Shown: positions 11,580-26,069, numbered from the stretch's first letter. The stretch: 64,000 bases of DNA from Tubulanus polymorphus (GCF_964204645.1 NC_134031.1:16293807-16357806), one strand, 5' to 3'. Notes: generated by a model from the sequence alone, not told the origin. Numbers and translations are program-made.

Positions 11580-14022
11580 ATGGTTTATATGCATTATCCC
11601 CAACACTTAACTGAGGAAGAGGAAATGTTAATGAAAAGATACGCTAAACTCAGAAAAAAGGTATTTTTTACTCGAATTTAGAAAAGAACTTCCGTGTTTG
11701 GTGGCACTAATTACCGAATGAAACCGTTAATGATTTTCTTTTCGCGTTTAGAAAAAAGCTTTACAAGCCTTGAGAGCCCCTAAACCCGAACCTGAACCAC
11801 CGGAAAAACGACGTAAGTAAAGTGGATGACATGCCTGAATACTGCAAATCAGTCTTATTAAAAACACATATGTGCTATCATACATGCATTTTTAAATTCT
11901 ATATCAAGCAACTCCATCATCAGAGGAAATAAAAGAGCAAGCAAAAAGATTAGTGAAAGCTGGAGTACGTATTGGATCACTGGATTACATTTTCAGATCC
12001 ATGAATCATAAAGTTCATGTTTTTTGTCCGCTGTTTTTAGGCAATAAAAATCAACAATGAAACGAAGAAACAAAGTTTCAAAAGGAAAGTCACTCGGGTA
12101 TGTTTTTCAACAAACTCTGTCTAATTCCTTAAAATGACCTAAGAAAATAGATTAACTGGCATCCAGATATCCTCCCTCATTTAAAATCAGCGAATTCTAG
12201 AGTGAAGTGAAAATCTTTTCATTTTAGTCGAGATATGTTTTACCAGTATATTTTCTTTTGTAGGATGTTGAAAAAGTTCACACTCCTGCGTCTGTCGGGT
12301 TTCAACCATTTAAGGATGAAATAGACGACTCATCGGATGTAAGTTTCAAAAGGAAATCTGATTGAACAAAAAAACATTTGTTTTTGGTTAGATTACGTGT
12401 TAGAAAAATTGAAAATTGAAACCTTTTTTTTTCATTTCTGCTGAGCTAGATTGATCCAGCCGGCCGCCTATCTATCCTGTACAATTCTTTTTTCAAATCA
12501 CGACCAAGCCAACAATTCTAGAAACGAACTGATTACAAATTTTGTAGCAGTTAACAAGGCCGATTAGGAGAAACATTGTATAATTTTTTTTGCCAATGTG
12601 GTTGATTTTTCTCAAAGGTTTTTCAACCGCCAGCGAAACAAGCGAAAACGACTGCTTCCAGTGCGAAATCAATGTACGAAAGCTTTGTTCCCGAATCAGG
12701 TAAATTTTCTTCCTTTATCGAGTGCATTTAGAATTTCATCCCGAATAATACAATTTAATAGCAAAACCAAGCGGGTCCAATAGAGGTTAGATCCATATAG
12801 TAGGGCAGTTTATGCAGCATCAGTGGCATCCGAATGCACAAACAACTGAAACACAATAGACACATACAACATTTGTAGTGGCGGAATAACCGTTGGAGAA
12901 TTTGAAAGAGATTTTGAAACGTGACTGGTATCCTGATATTAATCTCAGTATTAGTAATAAAGTCAATGAGCAAAACACCCAAAGTTGGTAATATAAGAGT
13001 TTATTCTGACAAGTTTCAAAGTTTGGCTAAACTAACTTCATTATCGGAGAAATGAAAATAGAAAGAAACAAACCACAAAATACTGAGATTTATTTCAGTC
13101 TGAGTCATGTAAAGACAGTTGAATTTATTTCATGCTCGAAGTTGATTCCTTTGTTTTGTAGAACGAGAACAAATGGAACAGAATTCGGATCACAAAGACG
13201 TCGAACGGAGGCGACATCGGAGTTCGGACCGTCGAGATTCGGAACGCAAACACGAACCCCTACCGCCGCCTCCTCCACGTCGCGAACCAAGGGATTATCC
13301 GAAAAAAGGAAAAACCATTTACGTATCTGGTCGCGGAATCTCAGAAATGATGATCAGAGAAAATTTTGCCAAATTCGATAAGATCACTAACATCCACATG
13401 GAACTCGATAAAAAGTGAGAGTGCGGCAGTCAATTGTCACTATTGTCAATCGAATGTTGCGACAAATTTTAATTGCTCTTTATTCGTTATTTTCAGTTGT
13501 TGCTTCGTGACTTTTGAAAGTTTGTCCGGTTCTGAACTTGCGATTCAAGAGGTACCAACATTATATATTACAAATTTTCTTTTCTCCAATTCATCGTGGT
13601 CACGACCCCTCCTTGCTTTGACTGCCCTCAGAGAGAAATTATTGGCCCTGCTTGGTCCAAGGCAAGCATCTAATCTAATGTATTAGAAATATCTCATAAG
13701 AAATGTGATATTTTCAATTTTAGATGGATCGCAATATAATTAACGATGTTTATTTGAGAGTGTCTGTCGCCCGTCGTCAGCCAAACTACGACGCACCGTC
13801 GGGGGAACAGTCGAAAACGGCGTGGTCATCTATAGGTAAGCTTTTTTCCATCAAACGTCTTTTATCTCAGAATTTTTGCGCTAGCAAAAAGACTACCATA
13901 ACTCGTATTGTCTCCAAACTGAGGTTTCATTCAATTCTTCAGCCGCAAGTAATTCGCAGAAAGGTTCACATAAAGACAAACGTCATTTGGTTACCTACGA
14001 CGATTCGGACGATATATTCTAA
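11580..14022 (+). CDS. NELFE: Negative elongation factor E
   Basis: N-terminus MVYMHYPQHLTEEEEMLMKRYAKLRKKKKALQ, R/D/E-rich segment, RRM (KGKTIYVSG...CCFVTFE...LRVSVARRQP) and C-terminal SQKGSHKDKRHLVTYDD; GT-AG exons. Confidence 0.93.
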
Positions 14023-15044
14023 GAGAAACGCGATGTCGTAATTTCGGAACTCGGATTTATCGATGTCCTCAACTCTCTTGTTTTGTCTCCAGTGCTGCTC
14101 ACTCGTTGAGTCGTCTGATGATTTTGCCTTGTATTGTGGGGTGAAAATTCTCAGCTGATTCGTCGTTTTTAAAAGAGTCTCATTTTTGTTGAATGTTGTA
14201 TAGAGTAATAAAAGTGTATGAATAATTTTGTTAATGAAATATAAGTGTTTCGTTGCCCAGGTCGGGGAAGTTTATTTGGTTCCTATTAAAAACCAGAGCT
14301 CGAATGAACGCTGACCAGATGCTGAAAATGATTTAATGTACTCAAAATGCTCAAGTTAGTCTAAAAAAGTGGATGAAAAACCACCAATTTGACAGTTGGA
14401 AAATAGATCCAGAGTTTCTCCAATTTGTCCAGAAGGATGAAATATTTCACGAACGCTGGTGCTATTTATAATGAACAAACAACTTGACTGGTGCATTGAA
14501 TAACAAGTTGGAAGTCTGTCCTATTGAACATGTTATGTCATGATTGATTTCAGAAAAAGTAACTTAACAAAACAACCATGACAAGTAATATTTATATTTT
14601 TTTACCACACAATACAGTGTACATATAAATAACTCAAACAAACTCTAATCAATCGAAAAAATTTTCATTTTCACAAATATTGCATTGTACAAATCTATTT
14701 AAACATTTCAACATTTCATCATAGCCTTATATATGATCATAGCTGAAAGATAATCAATATAATTGAACGACTCAACTGGCCATCTTCCCAGGGCTCAAAT
14801 TTGGCCAGTGAAATCCGTGAAAACTAACTTCCTTCAAAATTCTGGAATTAGGAACAGTGGGCTACTTCGCCGGAGTTTACGGCTTGTCTGTTGTTTTGGC
14901 TCCGTATTGTGCTGCCATCTCGAGGCGAATCTCTAGGCAACAGTTTTTTTGTTGATTAATGGCGGCCGTTCTAAAAAGGAGGAATTTAGATTGTAAACGG
15001 ATTAATACTGTCTCATTATCGCATTTTCTCGTACAAATTTAAGG

Positions 15045-15104
15045 ATGTATGCATCTTATAAAGAGGAACAGAAGAAGCAGGAAGCGGACGGTGCCGAGAA
15101 AGAG
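15045..15104 (+). other. Candidate alternative first coding exon of the adenylate kinase gene (MYASYKEEQKKQEADGAEKE, phase-0 donor)
   Basis: ATG at 15045, 20 open codons, strong donor GAG|GTAAGC; lies downstream of a promoter-like region at ~14860-14970. Confidence 0.4.
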
Positions 15105-16424
15105 GTAAGCACGTATCTAAATGATTCTGAAAAAAGATGAACTGAACTCCAATCCAATTTCTTTTCTGCTGCAGCCAGACCGCAGTGTCGTCAGTCAGAC
15201 TCAGTGATGATGCAGCTGATGGCGATGCTGTGGGAGACAGTTCCTGGGGTTATTAAAAAGCCATGAGGCGTACCACCAAGGGGAACTGGTATATAAGTGG
15301 CATGCTGAAAATCTAGCGCTTAAAATTCTTCATTTTTGAATTTTACTGTAGTAGGCCTGTCAATCACAGCATTTCTTGAAAATGAACTTTTGTTCCAGTG
15401 TGACTAACTTATGCTGATGATTAAGCCTATCAATTCATATTAGTTCTTCTTGAGTTTCATCAGTGCAGTGTGATGATGGAAGTTCATTTTCTAGATACAA
15501 GAATTAAATGTCTCCAATTATAAATGCCTGAGCTCAAATCGTGTTACTTATTTACTCAGTTATTTCGTTAGGTTTACCACTATCAAATACAGCCTTAAAC
15601 CCAGCCAGGGCAGCTGGAAGATTGCTAGGTCACGCACTGGATGCTTTGTACACAAAAATTCTATTAGATTCCAAAATTGATGGAACAATTTTTTTTCTTT
15701 CACAAATAGCAATAGATTTAGGCTAAACCTACAAAGAAATCCTAATAGTTTTCTTTTTTTATATTTCTGTTCATGGAACCATCAAAAATGTAAATGGAAA
15801 TCAGAATTAATAAAACTTGTGTCCAAATTGAAATAAAGATTTTATGTGTAAATTATATGCACAATTATCATTTCAAAAATCCCACCTGTTCTGCTCTGGT
15901 TAGTCGGTTTTGGTCAAGCGCACTAAGAAATAAACCTACTTGTTTTGTGAGTAACCGTACCGTGAAATGAATGGCCTACTGGTGAACAGTTTATGAAACG
16001 CTGTCAGTCATATTCAGCTTTCAAACCAATAATGATTCACCTTTCATCTCAGACTTACTATTTATATAACGAACTGTAAGACGATACCTCTCTCCTTAAT
16101 CTCTCCTTAGACCATCGCCTTAAGCCAAACCTCTTCCAAATCCAATATTTCACACATTTTTAAGTGCAGGTCGATAGAGAATTTATTCTAGATATTTCAT
16201 ATCTGCTGAATTAACTTTCATTTCGCTGGTTATCGTCTATAATGCTTATACTATTACATTCTACTCTCCCTCCCCTCCCCCTCTCCCCTCCCCTCCCCCT
16301 CTCCCCTCCCCCCCTGCATTACGACTGGTATAGTCTCTCTAGAACTTGTTTCACTTTGCTTCTAACTCGTTGCCACACAAGGTCAGGGTTACCTGTAGAG
16401 GGATAATACCGCACTATCAGGAAC

Positions 16425-17521
16425 ATGTCTGTAAGTTTTTTTATTCCTTTCTAGAAAATAATCTGATGTCCATTACTTATACCTGAGTTTTGAGTTTTGA
16501 CCTACCATCATAGTTTTGGAGATAGTTTGTTTGAATGAGATAAGTTTTCATCGCGGTATAATCAAAAATTATGTGTAATCTATTTTCTAATGAGGATAAT
16601 GTCTAAAAAATAATGATTTTTTGTTTGTTTTTGTTTGCGCCCATTTTTTAATGTAGAGAAGTTGTTTATACAGGGTGGCCACTGACCTGGCAAACTGATG
16701 GAATCAGAAAAATCAGGAAAAAAATCAGAGAATTTGATAAGTTTAGCAGAATAACGTGGAAAACTCGGGGAATTTGGATATTCTATTGAGCACGCGTTTC
16801 TTTATCCATACATGATGAATAAATTTTAACAAAATTTTCTAAACCAAGAAATTCCTCGGTATTTACTCAGGGAATAATATATGATAATATAAGTTTATTT
16901 CTAATTTTATGTTATAACCTGGAAACATCAGGGAAAAACTCAGGGAATTTGTAATTTGGTGGAAAGTGTCCACCATGCTGCTGCCATGTATATTATTTGA
17001 TTTTCTGATTTGATTTGAAACTTCGGTATGTCGATCTGATATTTTTAATATCGCGTTCAGGCTTTAACGGTAGAAGAGATTTATTGGTCACTAACACGAC
17101 CACCGCGCTTAAACCTGTCTATGATTGAACCAAATACTGTAAGACTGTCACTTTGTACTGTAAGTTGAATGTCAGCCTAACAACGTCGTGTGTATAGTAG
17201 TAACATCTGGCCAGTGGACTAGGCCTACTGGAAATATCGCTTCTTACGTAGAAAAATACATTCGAGGATATTGAAATATGGGTTGCACCCCATCGACTGC
17301 GACCAAAAAAGAGGTCAGAATTGAATGAGATTCGTAAAAATTAGGTGTTTTTATGTAGATGTGATATTCATAAACCGGAATAACAACTCAGGGCTGTATG
17401 TACATATTGTATGTAATAAATACCTGGTAGATGTACCTTGCTGTTCTCTTGTTATAGTGTTGACTATAGTCTTTGGTAATAGATAACATTGCGCTGAAAG
17501 AGAAAGGCTCATTATATATAG

Positions 17522-17563
<42 letters not shown>

Positions 17564-20373
17564 TATGTATACCAGTGAATCTTATTTTGTGAATCTTATG
17601 ATTACTGAAATTTAGCAATAGGCCTAAAGGGTTAATTTCTGTGAAATGCCTATGTATCACTTGAGTTAATATGTCTAAAAATCATCTACTTTCAGGGTAA
17701 GTCTTTGGCAACACCTACTTCATTTGCTGAATAGAAAGAAAGGCCTCTTTGCTGGCTGAATAACTGACTATGGATCAAAGGAATAGGATAAACATACACT
17801 CGCAAACCTATTACTCACGAAAATAAATTCTGCTAAAATGATTCTGCATGAGAAAATCTAGGAGGAAACTTTGTGATGATATAAAGCTTTTAATAATATA
17901 TGATTCATACTTGAAAGATGATTAAAGTCATGTGGTTTAAAGCACGAACTGGTGAAAAATATGTTGAATTTGTTTTTACAGCTGTAGATGTTACTCCTTT
18001 GAAGGAATGCCGCGTGATCTTTGTTGTCGGTAAGATTAATGATTAATTTTTGTACGGGCGCAATAGAAAACCTAGGTGTCTTGTATTTGAATGTTTGTCT
18101 AATGTAAAGAAATTCGAAGCCCTATTAATGATTGAAGGTGAAATTTGCTTGTACATTTAAACCTTGCGTAAGTCGGATCAGCGAAAATAAGATAATCGCT
18201 TATATCGGGTGAATATTGATGGTCCAGATTTGTCCTTCACTTTTTCAAAGAAATTTATATTCCATAGTCAGAAACTCGCCTACCTCGTAGTTTTCTTGGT
18301 CCCAAAATAAAAAAATCTGCTAAATCACTTGCCGGAAGTTGGAGGGCAGTTTGATTTCGATCCGGCCTTGTTCCCGGCCAGAAATCGACGACACATGTCA
18401 ACAGTCGTTATTTTAGTCGCTGTTAGCGTATTAGAAACTAGAAGAATAAACCGAAATATTTCAGTGTTTATAAATCGTTCCTAGTAGACAGAGATGTTGA
18501 TTTAATTTTTCCGGTTTACATAAATTAATTCTCATATCGTGGTTCGCGAAAAAAGCCTGGAAAACCGTCTCTGACTTTTTTGTCCTAAAAGATCCAACTT
18601 ACGCGAGGTTTACTGGACGGCAACTCGAGCCGTCAATCTACTCGAATATGAGTGAAAATCGATTTATTTTCCAGGCGGTCCCGGTAGCGGTAAGGGAACG
18701 CAATGCGAGAAGATTATCGCGAAGTACGGCTACACGCATTTGTCGACGGGGGACTTGTTGCGTTTCGAAGTGAAATCTGGCTCCGATCGCGGCAAACAAC
18801 TGACAGAAATCATGAAAAAAGGCGAACTCGTACCCCTTGTAAGTGAAAAATAATTTCAAAATTTATCTAAGTCGGGCACAGTAAATCTTTTGATAAAAAG
18901 GAAACTCACTTTTCTAGTTAGATTTTACTTGTAAGCCAATTGAATTAGGCATTTTGCTTGATACGAGTTCCTGGAAGAATTTTGTCTAAAAAATGAAAAA
19001 TCACCCCTGAAAAAAGTGTTGTTGCGATTTGATGGAAGGAAATTTCGACAATGATTTTCAGGACACCGTGTTAGACATGCTTAAAGAAACTATGTTGAGG
19101 AACAAGGAATGTAAGAACTGTACGGGATTCTTGATCGACGGATACCCCAGAGAAATGGATCAAGGCAAGCGATTCGAAGCCGAGGTACGAGATTATCCAC
19201 GACAATTTCGAAAAAGAGTGAAATTAGAGATTTTTGTAACGGGATGGTCACTTGCGTGGAAAAATCGAGAAAAAATCAGGGAAAACTCGCAAAATTTGCC
19301 AAATTTTATCAGAATCTGGAAAACTCTGGAATTTGGATATTTCTATTGATCATGCGTTGCTTTATCGGCGATTCAATGACAAATGGATGAATTGTAACAT
19401 TTAAAACCTAGAAATTCCTCGAAATCACTCAGGAAATTTTGAGTGATCTCATGGAAAAATCAGGGAAATCTTGGGGAATTTATGAATGGCCGGAAAGTGG
19501 CCATCACCCTGTGTAATTGTAATGTTTGTATCGTTGTTTTATAGGTGGCCGAGTGCTCTTGCGTTTTGTATTTCGAAGTATCCGACGACACGATGAAACA
19601 GAGGCTGATGAACCGCGCGAAAACGAGCGGACGTGCAGACGATAACGAGCAGACGATAGTTAAACGATTAAAAACCTTTAACGACGTGACAACGCCCGTC
19701 ATCGATTACTACACCCAAAAAGGCAAGGTTTGCAAGGTCAGTATTTGTAGAAATAGCCTGTACTTTCAGAATGTGTGGAATAGATTATGAGATTAGAACC
19801 CACTATACAAATTTAAATGATGGAAAAAAACAAGATTTATTCATCATACCTTCTAAACAGAAAATGCTTTCAAAGGTGCTTAAACTCCTTTTATTTGAGC
19901 AAAATGCCTGAAACTCCTTCAATTTTGAGAAATGGGCAATTTAGATATTTACAGTAGACTACGCCATATCGGTACAGTTGGAACCAGGATTTTTTTACCC
20001 AATTAGGGGGTTACCAAATTAGAAACCAAGTTAACTAGTGTGAAGGGCAAAAATTTGCTTACAAAACCAAAGAATTAATGGTTTACTGAGATAAACAGTA
20101 CCAAATCTACTGGGATATGAAAGTGATGCAGATGCTTCCTCGAAATTTGAAATTTTCTCCTTTAAAACTCTTTGTATTCAGGAATGACTGATATCTATGG
20201 ACCCTGTGCTGTTTAGGAACATTTTCAGAAATCCGACCTCGGAAAAGCTTTTGTTCTCTACCGCCTAACCTCAATTTGTATTTCGATTTCAGATTTCGGC
20301 GGAAGGAAGTGTAGACGATGTCTTCGGTCAGGTTGAAAAAGCATTCACCGAACGAAAATTAAGTTTGGATTAA
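16425..20373 (+). CDS. AK1: Adenylate kinase (AK1/myokinase type); 5' end uncertain
   Basis: Exons 17982-18029, 18675-18838, 19062-19184, 19545-19736 and 20293-20373 encode [16 protein letters not shown] (P-loop), [18 protein letters not shown] and GRADDN (short LID); ATGTCT|GTAAGT at 16425 is the likely start exon. Confidence 0.88.
16671..16977. mobile_element. CAGGG...CCCTG-ended MITE family; further members ~19241-19511, ~42690-42987, ~53924-54341
   Basis: Termini CAGGGTGGCCAC ... GTG(T/G)CCA(C/T)CA, internal GGAAAA/CAGGGAATTT reiterations shared among dispersed intronic copies. Confidence 0.6.
17514..17562. repeat. (TA)n microsatellite
   Basis: About 24 TA units with one GC interruption. 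Confidence 0.95.
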
Positions 20374-21302
20374 ACACATACGCACATACTGTTTATTACG
20401 TACATCAGTTATATACAATGCATTGTTATATAGAGAAATCTCTTCAGCTATCCGCAATGCATGCTGCTTTCAATTCAGTGACGTCTCTCCAGACATGGTC
20501 TGCTTCCACGTGGTCAGTAACATGCTGAATTGATGTCGTTTCCAAAATAAAAAGGCATACGTCTCCACAGACGCTAGAAATCGGTATCTTATCACTGTCC
20601 AGTGTATAGATAGTTTTATCTTATTTATTCATCTACCTTAACATATTTATTTGATAGCTGTTTTATTAAGTTTTTAGTGTTTTATCGAAACAAAGTTTGG
20701 TGATGAGATTCTTCAACTGCTGATTGGGTTATATGTTACACGATATTCAATGTAAATTATACTGAAATAAGAATATATCTCTAGGTTATATGCACTGTGA
20801 ATGTTTAAAACTTGGTTGTAAACTTCTGTTTATCTGAAATCTTCCTCTGAAATGCTCCTCAATATTCTGCTAAGAAAATTTTCTTTCTTGTAACTTGTTA
20901 TTTGATTTTTTAACTGTTTTTTTTTTATTTGAACATGAATCTTTTCCCCTCCTAACTGCTGCTCTAGTTTTTAAATGAATTAAAACATTATTTAAAATTG
21001 TGATCAATCTTTTTTCTCTGTATCAAAAAGAATTAAAGGAAATAAAATAAACACCAAAGATATAAAAACATTGATGTAGTTTGCCTTTATTTATTTGTTT
21101 TTTCGGATACGGATATGATATATGTGGCAATAACTAATTGGATCCGGGTCAGGATTGACAATAGGGCCCCAGTGAACCGTAGCTCCCGCTAGCAAAAAAC
21201 TACCGTAACGTGCTGCCACCAGTGGACAAACTTCATACTACTACCCGGAAATCTACTGCCGGTGTTTTTTGGACGTGTCTTTTAATTTTGCCTTGTTTAA
21301 TC

Positions 21303-23206
21303 ATGTTTGCGGACACGTTCCTGATTCTTTTTATCTCGATATGCACTGCGCTGTTAGGAGAAGGTAATTTTACATTTTTCTCAGCTCGTTAAGCCTCCGA
21401 AAACGGTTATTATGTTGCCAGTAATGTATTGTAGGCGAGTAGTCTGCAGGTCTGTGGAGACTCCCTTTTTTAATCAGCTGGGAAATGTTTTTGGTAGCCA
21501 CTTTTTATCATACTCCAGGTTTAACGTGGTTAATGGTATACAGAACTGATAAATACAAAAAGTTAAAAGCTGAAGTCGATAAACAGAGCAAGAAATGTAA
21601 GTTCTAATCACATAATTCTAAAGCCCAGCCATTTTCCCATTTATTTCGATCCCTACTAGCCGTCAATCATTTTTACATCTTGTTTTATCGCGTTTCAGTG
21701 GAAACACGTAAAGAACGAACAGGAGAATCACAAGATCGAAGTCTGAAAAAGAAAATAGAACGTCAGGAAGAAAAACTAAAAAACCATAATAGAGATCTTT
21801 CACTGGTAAGAAAATATTAAGTGATATATGAATGAATTTATCACTGTTTATCCCTTTCAGTGCTGACAGTTTCATAGCCAAAAATGCTGGAGATATTTTT
21901 AAAATTTGGTAAAATCCCACCTCAGTGCTTCGTATCTAATTAATTAGGCTCAATACATGTACTGCAGGGTAGGCACAATATAGGGTGGGTGAATTATACA
22001 CTGCATAACAGGTTAGACACGTTGAAAGGGTTGTAAGTTAATAACGTGAATTTCTTCGCGCAAATGATGTTTTCTAAACTTTGAATAAAAATGTTTCATC
22101 GTAATTTTCAGGTAAAAATGAAGTCTATGTTCGCTATAGGATTTGCCTTCACAGCGTTATTAAGCATGTTTAATTCCATGTAAGTTCTCGATATTTTATC
22201 TCGAGATTTTTTTATTCGATTCATTCACGTATTTCAATCGTTATAATAATTCACCGTTTCGTTCGTATGATATTTCAGATTCGACGGCCGAGTTGTCGCG
22301 AAGCTGCCGTTCGTTCCAATCTCATGGATTCAGGGTATATCTCATAGAAATCTGATGGGTGACGATTTCACCGATTGTTCGTTTATATTTCTGTATATTC
22401 TCTGCACTATGTCTATTCGACAGGTAAGTCCAATCTTACTGACCGAAATTAAAGCAAAGGTAGATGGTCCTCTTGAAATTAGAGCAAATTTAGATCGTCC
22501 TAGCTTGAAATAAGAGCAAATTTAGATGGTCCTTTTAGCTTAACTGCCGTTATGAACTACCGTTATTTCGATGATGGCCTCTAACCTTTACTTATGTAAC
22601 ACCTAAGTCTGCTTCCCTATTCCTGTAGAGAAAACAGTGGCTGGTATATCCAGTCTTTCGGGTAGGGGGTCAAAAACCTAAGGAGATTGTCTGAAAGTCT
22701 TTAGAAATTGTCGTGATGAGCATTTACCTGGAATGGAAACTCATGATGAATTCCAGGCATGATTGGAATACTTTTCCAACTCGCAAATTGACTAGTGTGA
22801 CGACTTCCACTTCAGCACGAAAATTAATATGCTTCCTCCTGGATCTGCCACTGGGCTCACTCAGTTTTTAGTTGATACCAGCGGGCCCCTGGTGTTACTT
22901 AATGCCTGTGTTGGGCAATAAGTCAGTCATAAAGTACATGCTCTTACTGTAAATTGCTACCTTGCTTCATAAGCAGACGATATCATTTTGGATTTAGCTT
23001 CAGTTTGCACTCAGTACTGATTTCAAAGAAGACGACATTTAAAAATGCTACCTTTTGAAATTTTATCATTCAAAATGAAGCTTTTTTATCCTGGTATTCT
23101 GAATTTTGTTTTTCAGAACGTTCAAAAACTGCTCGGATTTGCGCCGTCAAGAGCTGCTAATAAACAAAGCGGTCTATTTTCACCACCGACACAAACCGGA
23201 AAATAA
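21303..23206 (+). CDS. TMCO1: TMCO1 (ER membrane Oxa1-family/GEL complex protein)
   Basis: MFADTFLILFISICTALLGEG/LTWLMVYRTDKYKKLKAEVDKQSKK...MKSMFAIGFAFTALLSMFNSIFDGRVVAKLPF...DCSFIFLYILCTMSIRQNVQKLLGFAPSRAA. Confidence 0.95.
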
Positions 23207-26069
23207 TCAGTATTCGAAGCGACTCATTTGTAAATAGACATCAGTCAAGTTTTAATTCTAAATCCTTTTCTTTATTATTTCATCTCCTGATTTTTACGAT
23301 TAATCACTCAATTGTCATCAATTCAAGATGCAGTTTTCATCGTGTAAATTATTATTTGTTGTCAATAAACGATACAACCGGTATTACATTTTATATATGT
23401 CTTGTCCTATTCTGTGATAATCGGCAGCTTCAAAGGAAATAGTTAATGAGACTTGCTCATACCGCAGACAGGTGATTACCCTGACCATCGCAACGTTTGG
23501 GTGTCGATAAGATATTTATTACAAGGTCATGCTATGCTCATCGTTAGTGGATTTTTCATACACTTATCTAGGGATGATTCATTTATTACGTACGCATGAA
23601 ATTTGACTTTTTCATATATATTAAGCATTACAGTACGCATTGCACCGACCCCTCCCCTAATGCGAATGATCCCCTACAAGCAATTGGAGTCAATATATAC
23701 TATCTGAATGTAATTTCTCATAGATCAAAGAGATCAGAGCTGCCAACTGTTCTCAATTTTCAGTATTTGTTAATTTTCTATGAGAAATACTGATTTGATT
23801 TGTTCGATGCATGCAGAAACATGAAACGTTACTTTAGGTCTTACTGTTGATAACCGATTAATTGAACATTTTTATATTTCCAATTAAATCTTATTGAAAA
23901 GATTCATTTTGTTACTGATAGCAACTTTTATAGGTTGGCAGCCATGGTTCGTGTTAAGTGAACGCTAAGCAGTGGCAAAACCTGGTATTATAAGTGCAGT
24001 TAGGTAGCACATGCGTTTAAAGAATCCGTTAACAATGGAAATATCGGCAGCACCGCGAGGAAAAGCTGGATAAATTTATTTTAACGGCAGAGAAGAATTT
24101 AATCAGCAATATTTAATTTTTCCCTTTTAGAATTCTAAAAGGAAAAAAAAAACCATTTCGGATCGAAAGGGTGAAGACGGGCATCCTCATAGTTTTTAGG
24201 GCAGAATTACTCCCAAGAGATAGTCGCAAATAACAAAACACACGCAAATCATCAAAATTATTGTCATTTTATTAGCCACCCACAGAACACTAAAAAAATT
24301 ATACACACATTCATTTCATAAATATTCCAATATAACAAAATATGCAGAAAAAGAACTGAAATCAGAGATAGATAATGATGAGACCCATATTCATAAGTTT
24401 AACTACACGTACATGTCAGTCTTACAAATAACTATGGAACTGAACCAGGCATACAGAGGTAACGCACGATACAATACAACTTCATTGTCTCTTGTTTTAT
24501 AAAAGCTTCAATGAGGTTGAAACATAGAACATAACCGAAACCTCAGAATAATAAGACACGTACAATGATCAAACATTCTTAGAAATTTTTTTTTCATCAA
24601 TCCATAAACCCCCGCTATCTTACACAATATTCCGGTACTAGGGACATTTGGCAGTAACATAATACATTTGTCTCTCAAAATTCATACAAAAGACTACATC
24701 ATTCTTCATCGTTCAAGTAATCCATCAACACTACCGTACTTTATCATCAAAACTCGATTATTAGGTAAACATAAAATATGTCGGGCGTATAATGTACACT
24801 GGGTTATCATGTTCAGTATGCAAAAAGCAATACATCTATAATAGTATTTCATCTAATCAATAGTGATTCCGAGTGAATCCATTTCTCTGCAGATTTAGGA
24901 CATCAAGAGCCAAGGATTGAGATACAACAAAGGCCCCAAGATATCTTAAATATTCTGCATACTGGTATATGTTCTAGCAATTGATATACAGTAGCACGTC
25001 CTTTATAACAAATTTTTTGATATGATTTTCTGTTCCATTGAAGTTAGCACAACCAATGCATAATCTACTAGTCTTTGAAAACTTTTATAAAATCATTGTG
25101 CTCAATTTTTGATGAAAATCTTATCCAGGCTATGCAGTGTTTAGATATTGAAGTTTTTCTCAATCAAAAATAACTGAGTCTTAGGAAAAAATATTATCTA
25201 CAAGTTCATTGTATATACATGTACAACATATTCATTTTGTTAGATTAATTCTGTGTTGTCATAAATGCAAATAATGTTTAGTAACCAGTAACTAACTAGA
25301 GAATTATTCTTTACTTTTTGATTTCATATCTGTTCTAACCGGAGAGGTTAATTCAGCCGTGATCAAGGTTGGTTCAAAAATGTTTAGCTCTACCACATGA
25401 ACTGTATTCTCTAACCTAAAATCTACTAATCCGTTACCAATAGAGTCCATTTTTCATGAAATTCAATTCAATATTGTATTTCCGCGACGATTGAAACCTT
25501 ATAATCCACAGACGAATCAGGGTCAGGGCTAGACGGTATTGAACTGAGGGCACTTTACAATTGGCACTCCCAGTATCCTTCCCAAAATGCCAAAGGCATG
25601 AAGCCAAACAAAAGGGCTACAGGGCTCTGGGAGGCTATCAGTCAATAAGAATGAACCGCATAATCTCATCCATATTCCATACTAGGCAATACAGATAATA
25701 ACCCCTTGGATCCCCACCTAAAATCAATTGTATCCCGAATTTCAATATTTTCTAGTTTTATCATCGAAATATGATAATCAAATAATTCCTATAATCAATC
25801 TAAGTTGTTGGAATAAATCTTGTCAATAAAATACTTCATACATCTGCTTCAGAGGATCTAGAAACTTCCAAACCAAACGTATTTCGCTACTCGCACTTCT
25901 GATACACAAGGTAGCATAGCACTTTCAATAACCCATCAGTTTTATATATTTCAATGTGTATATGTATTGTATAGTTAAATACTGGTTAAACGACGATTCT
26001 TTGAAAGAAGTTATAAATAAAAGTTATTAATAAATATATTCACAGGTGCGCTGCGAGATGATAATTCTC

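Noticed and set aside
14850-14950. Pol III small RNA ending in a T run
   Set aside because: No recognisable 7SK, vault, Y or U6-type motifs or A/B boxes; better explained as promoter/5'UTR
15468-15535. C/D-box snoRNA (GTGATGA...CTGA)
   Set aside because: No convincing terminal stem, and only a short possible rRNA complement
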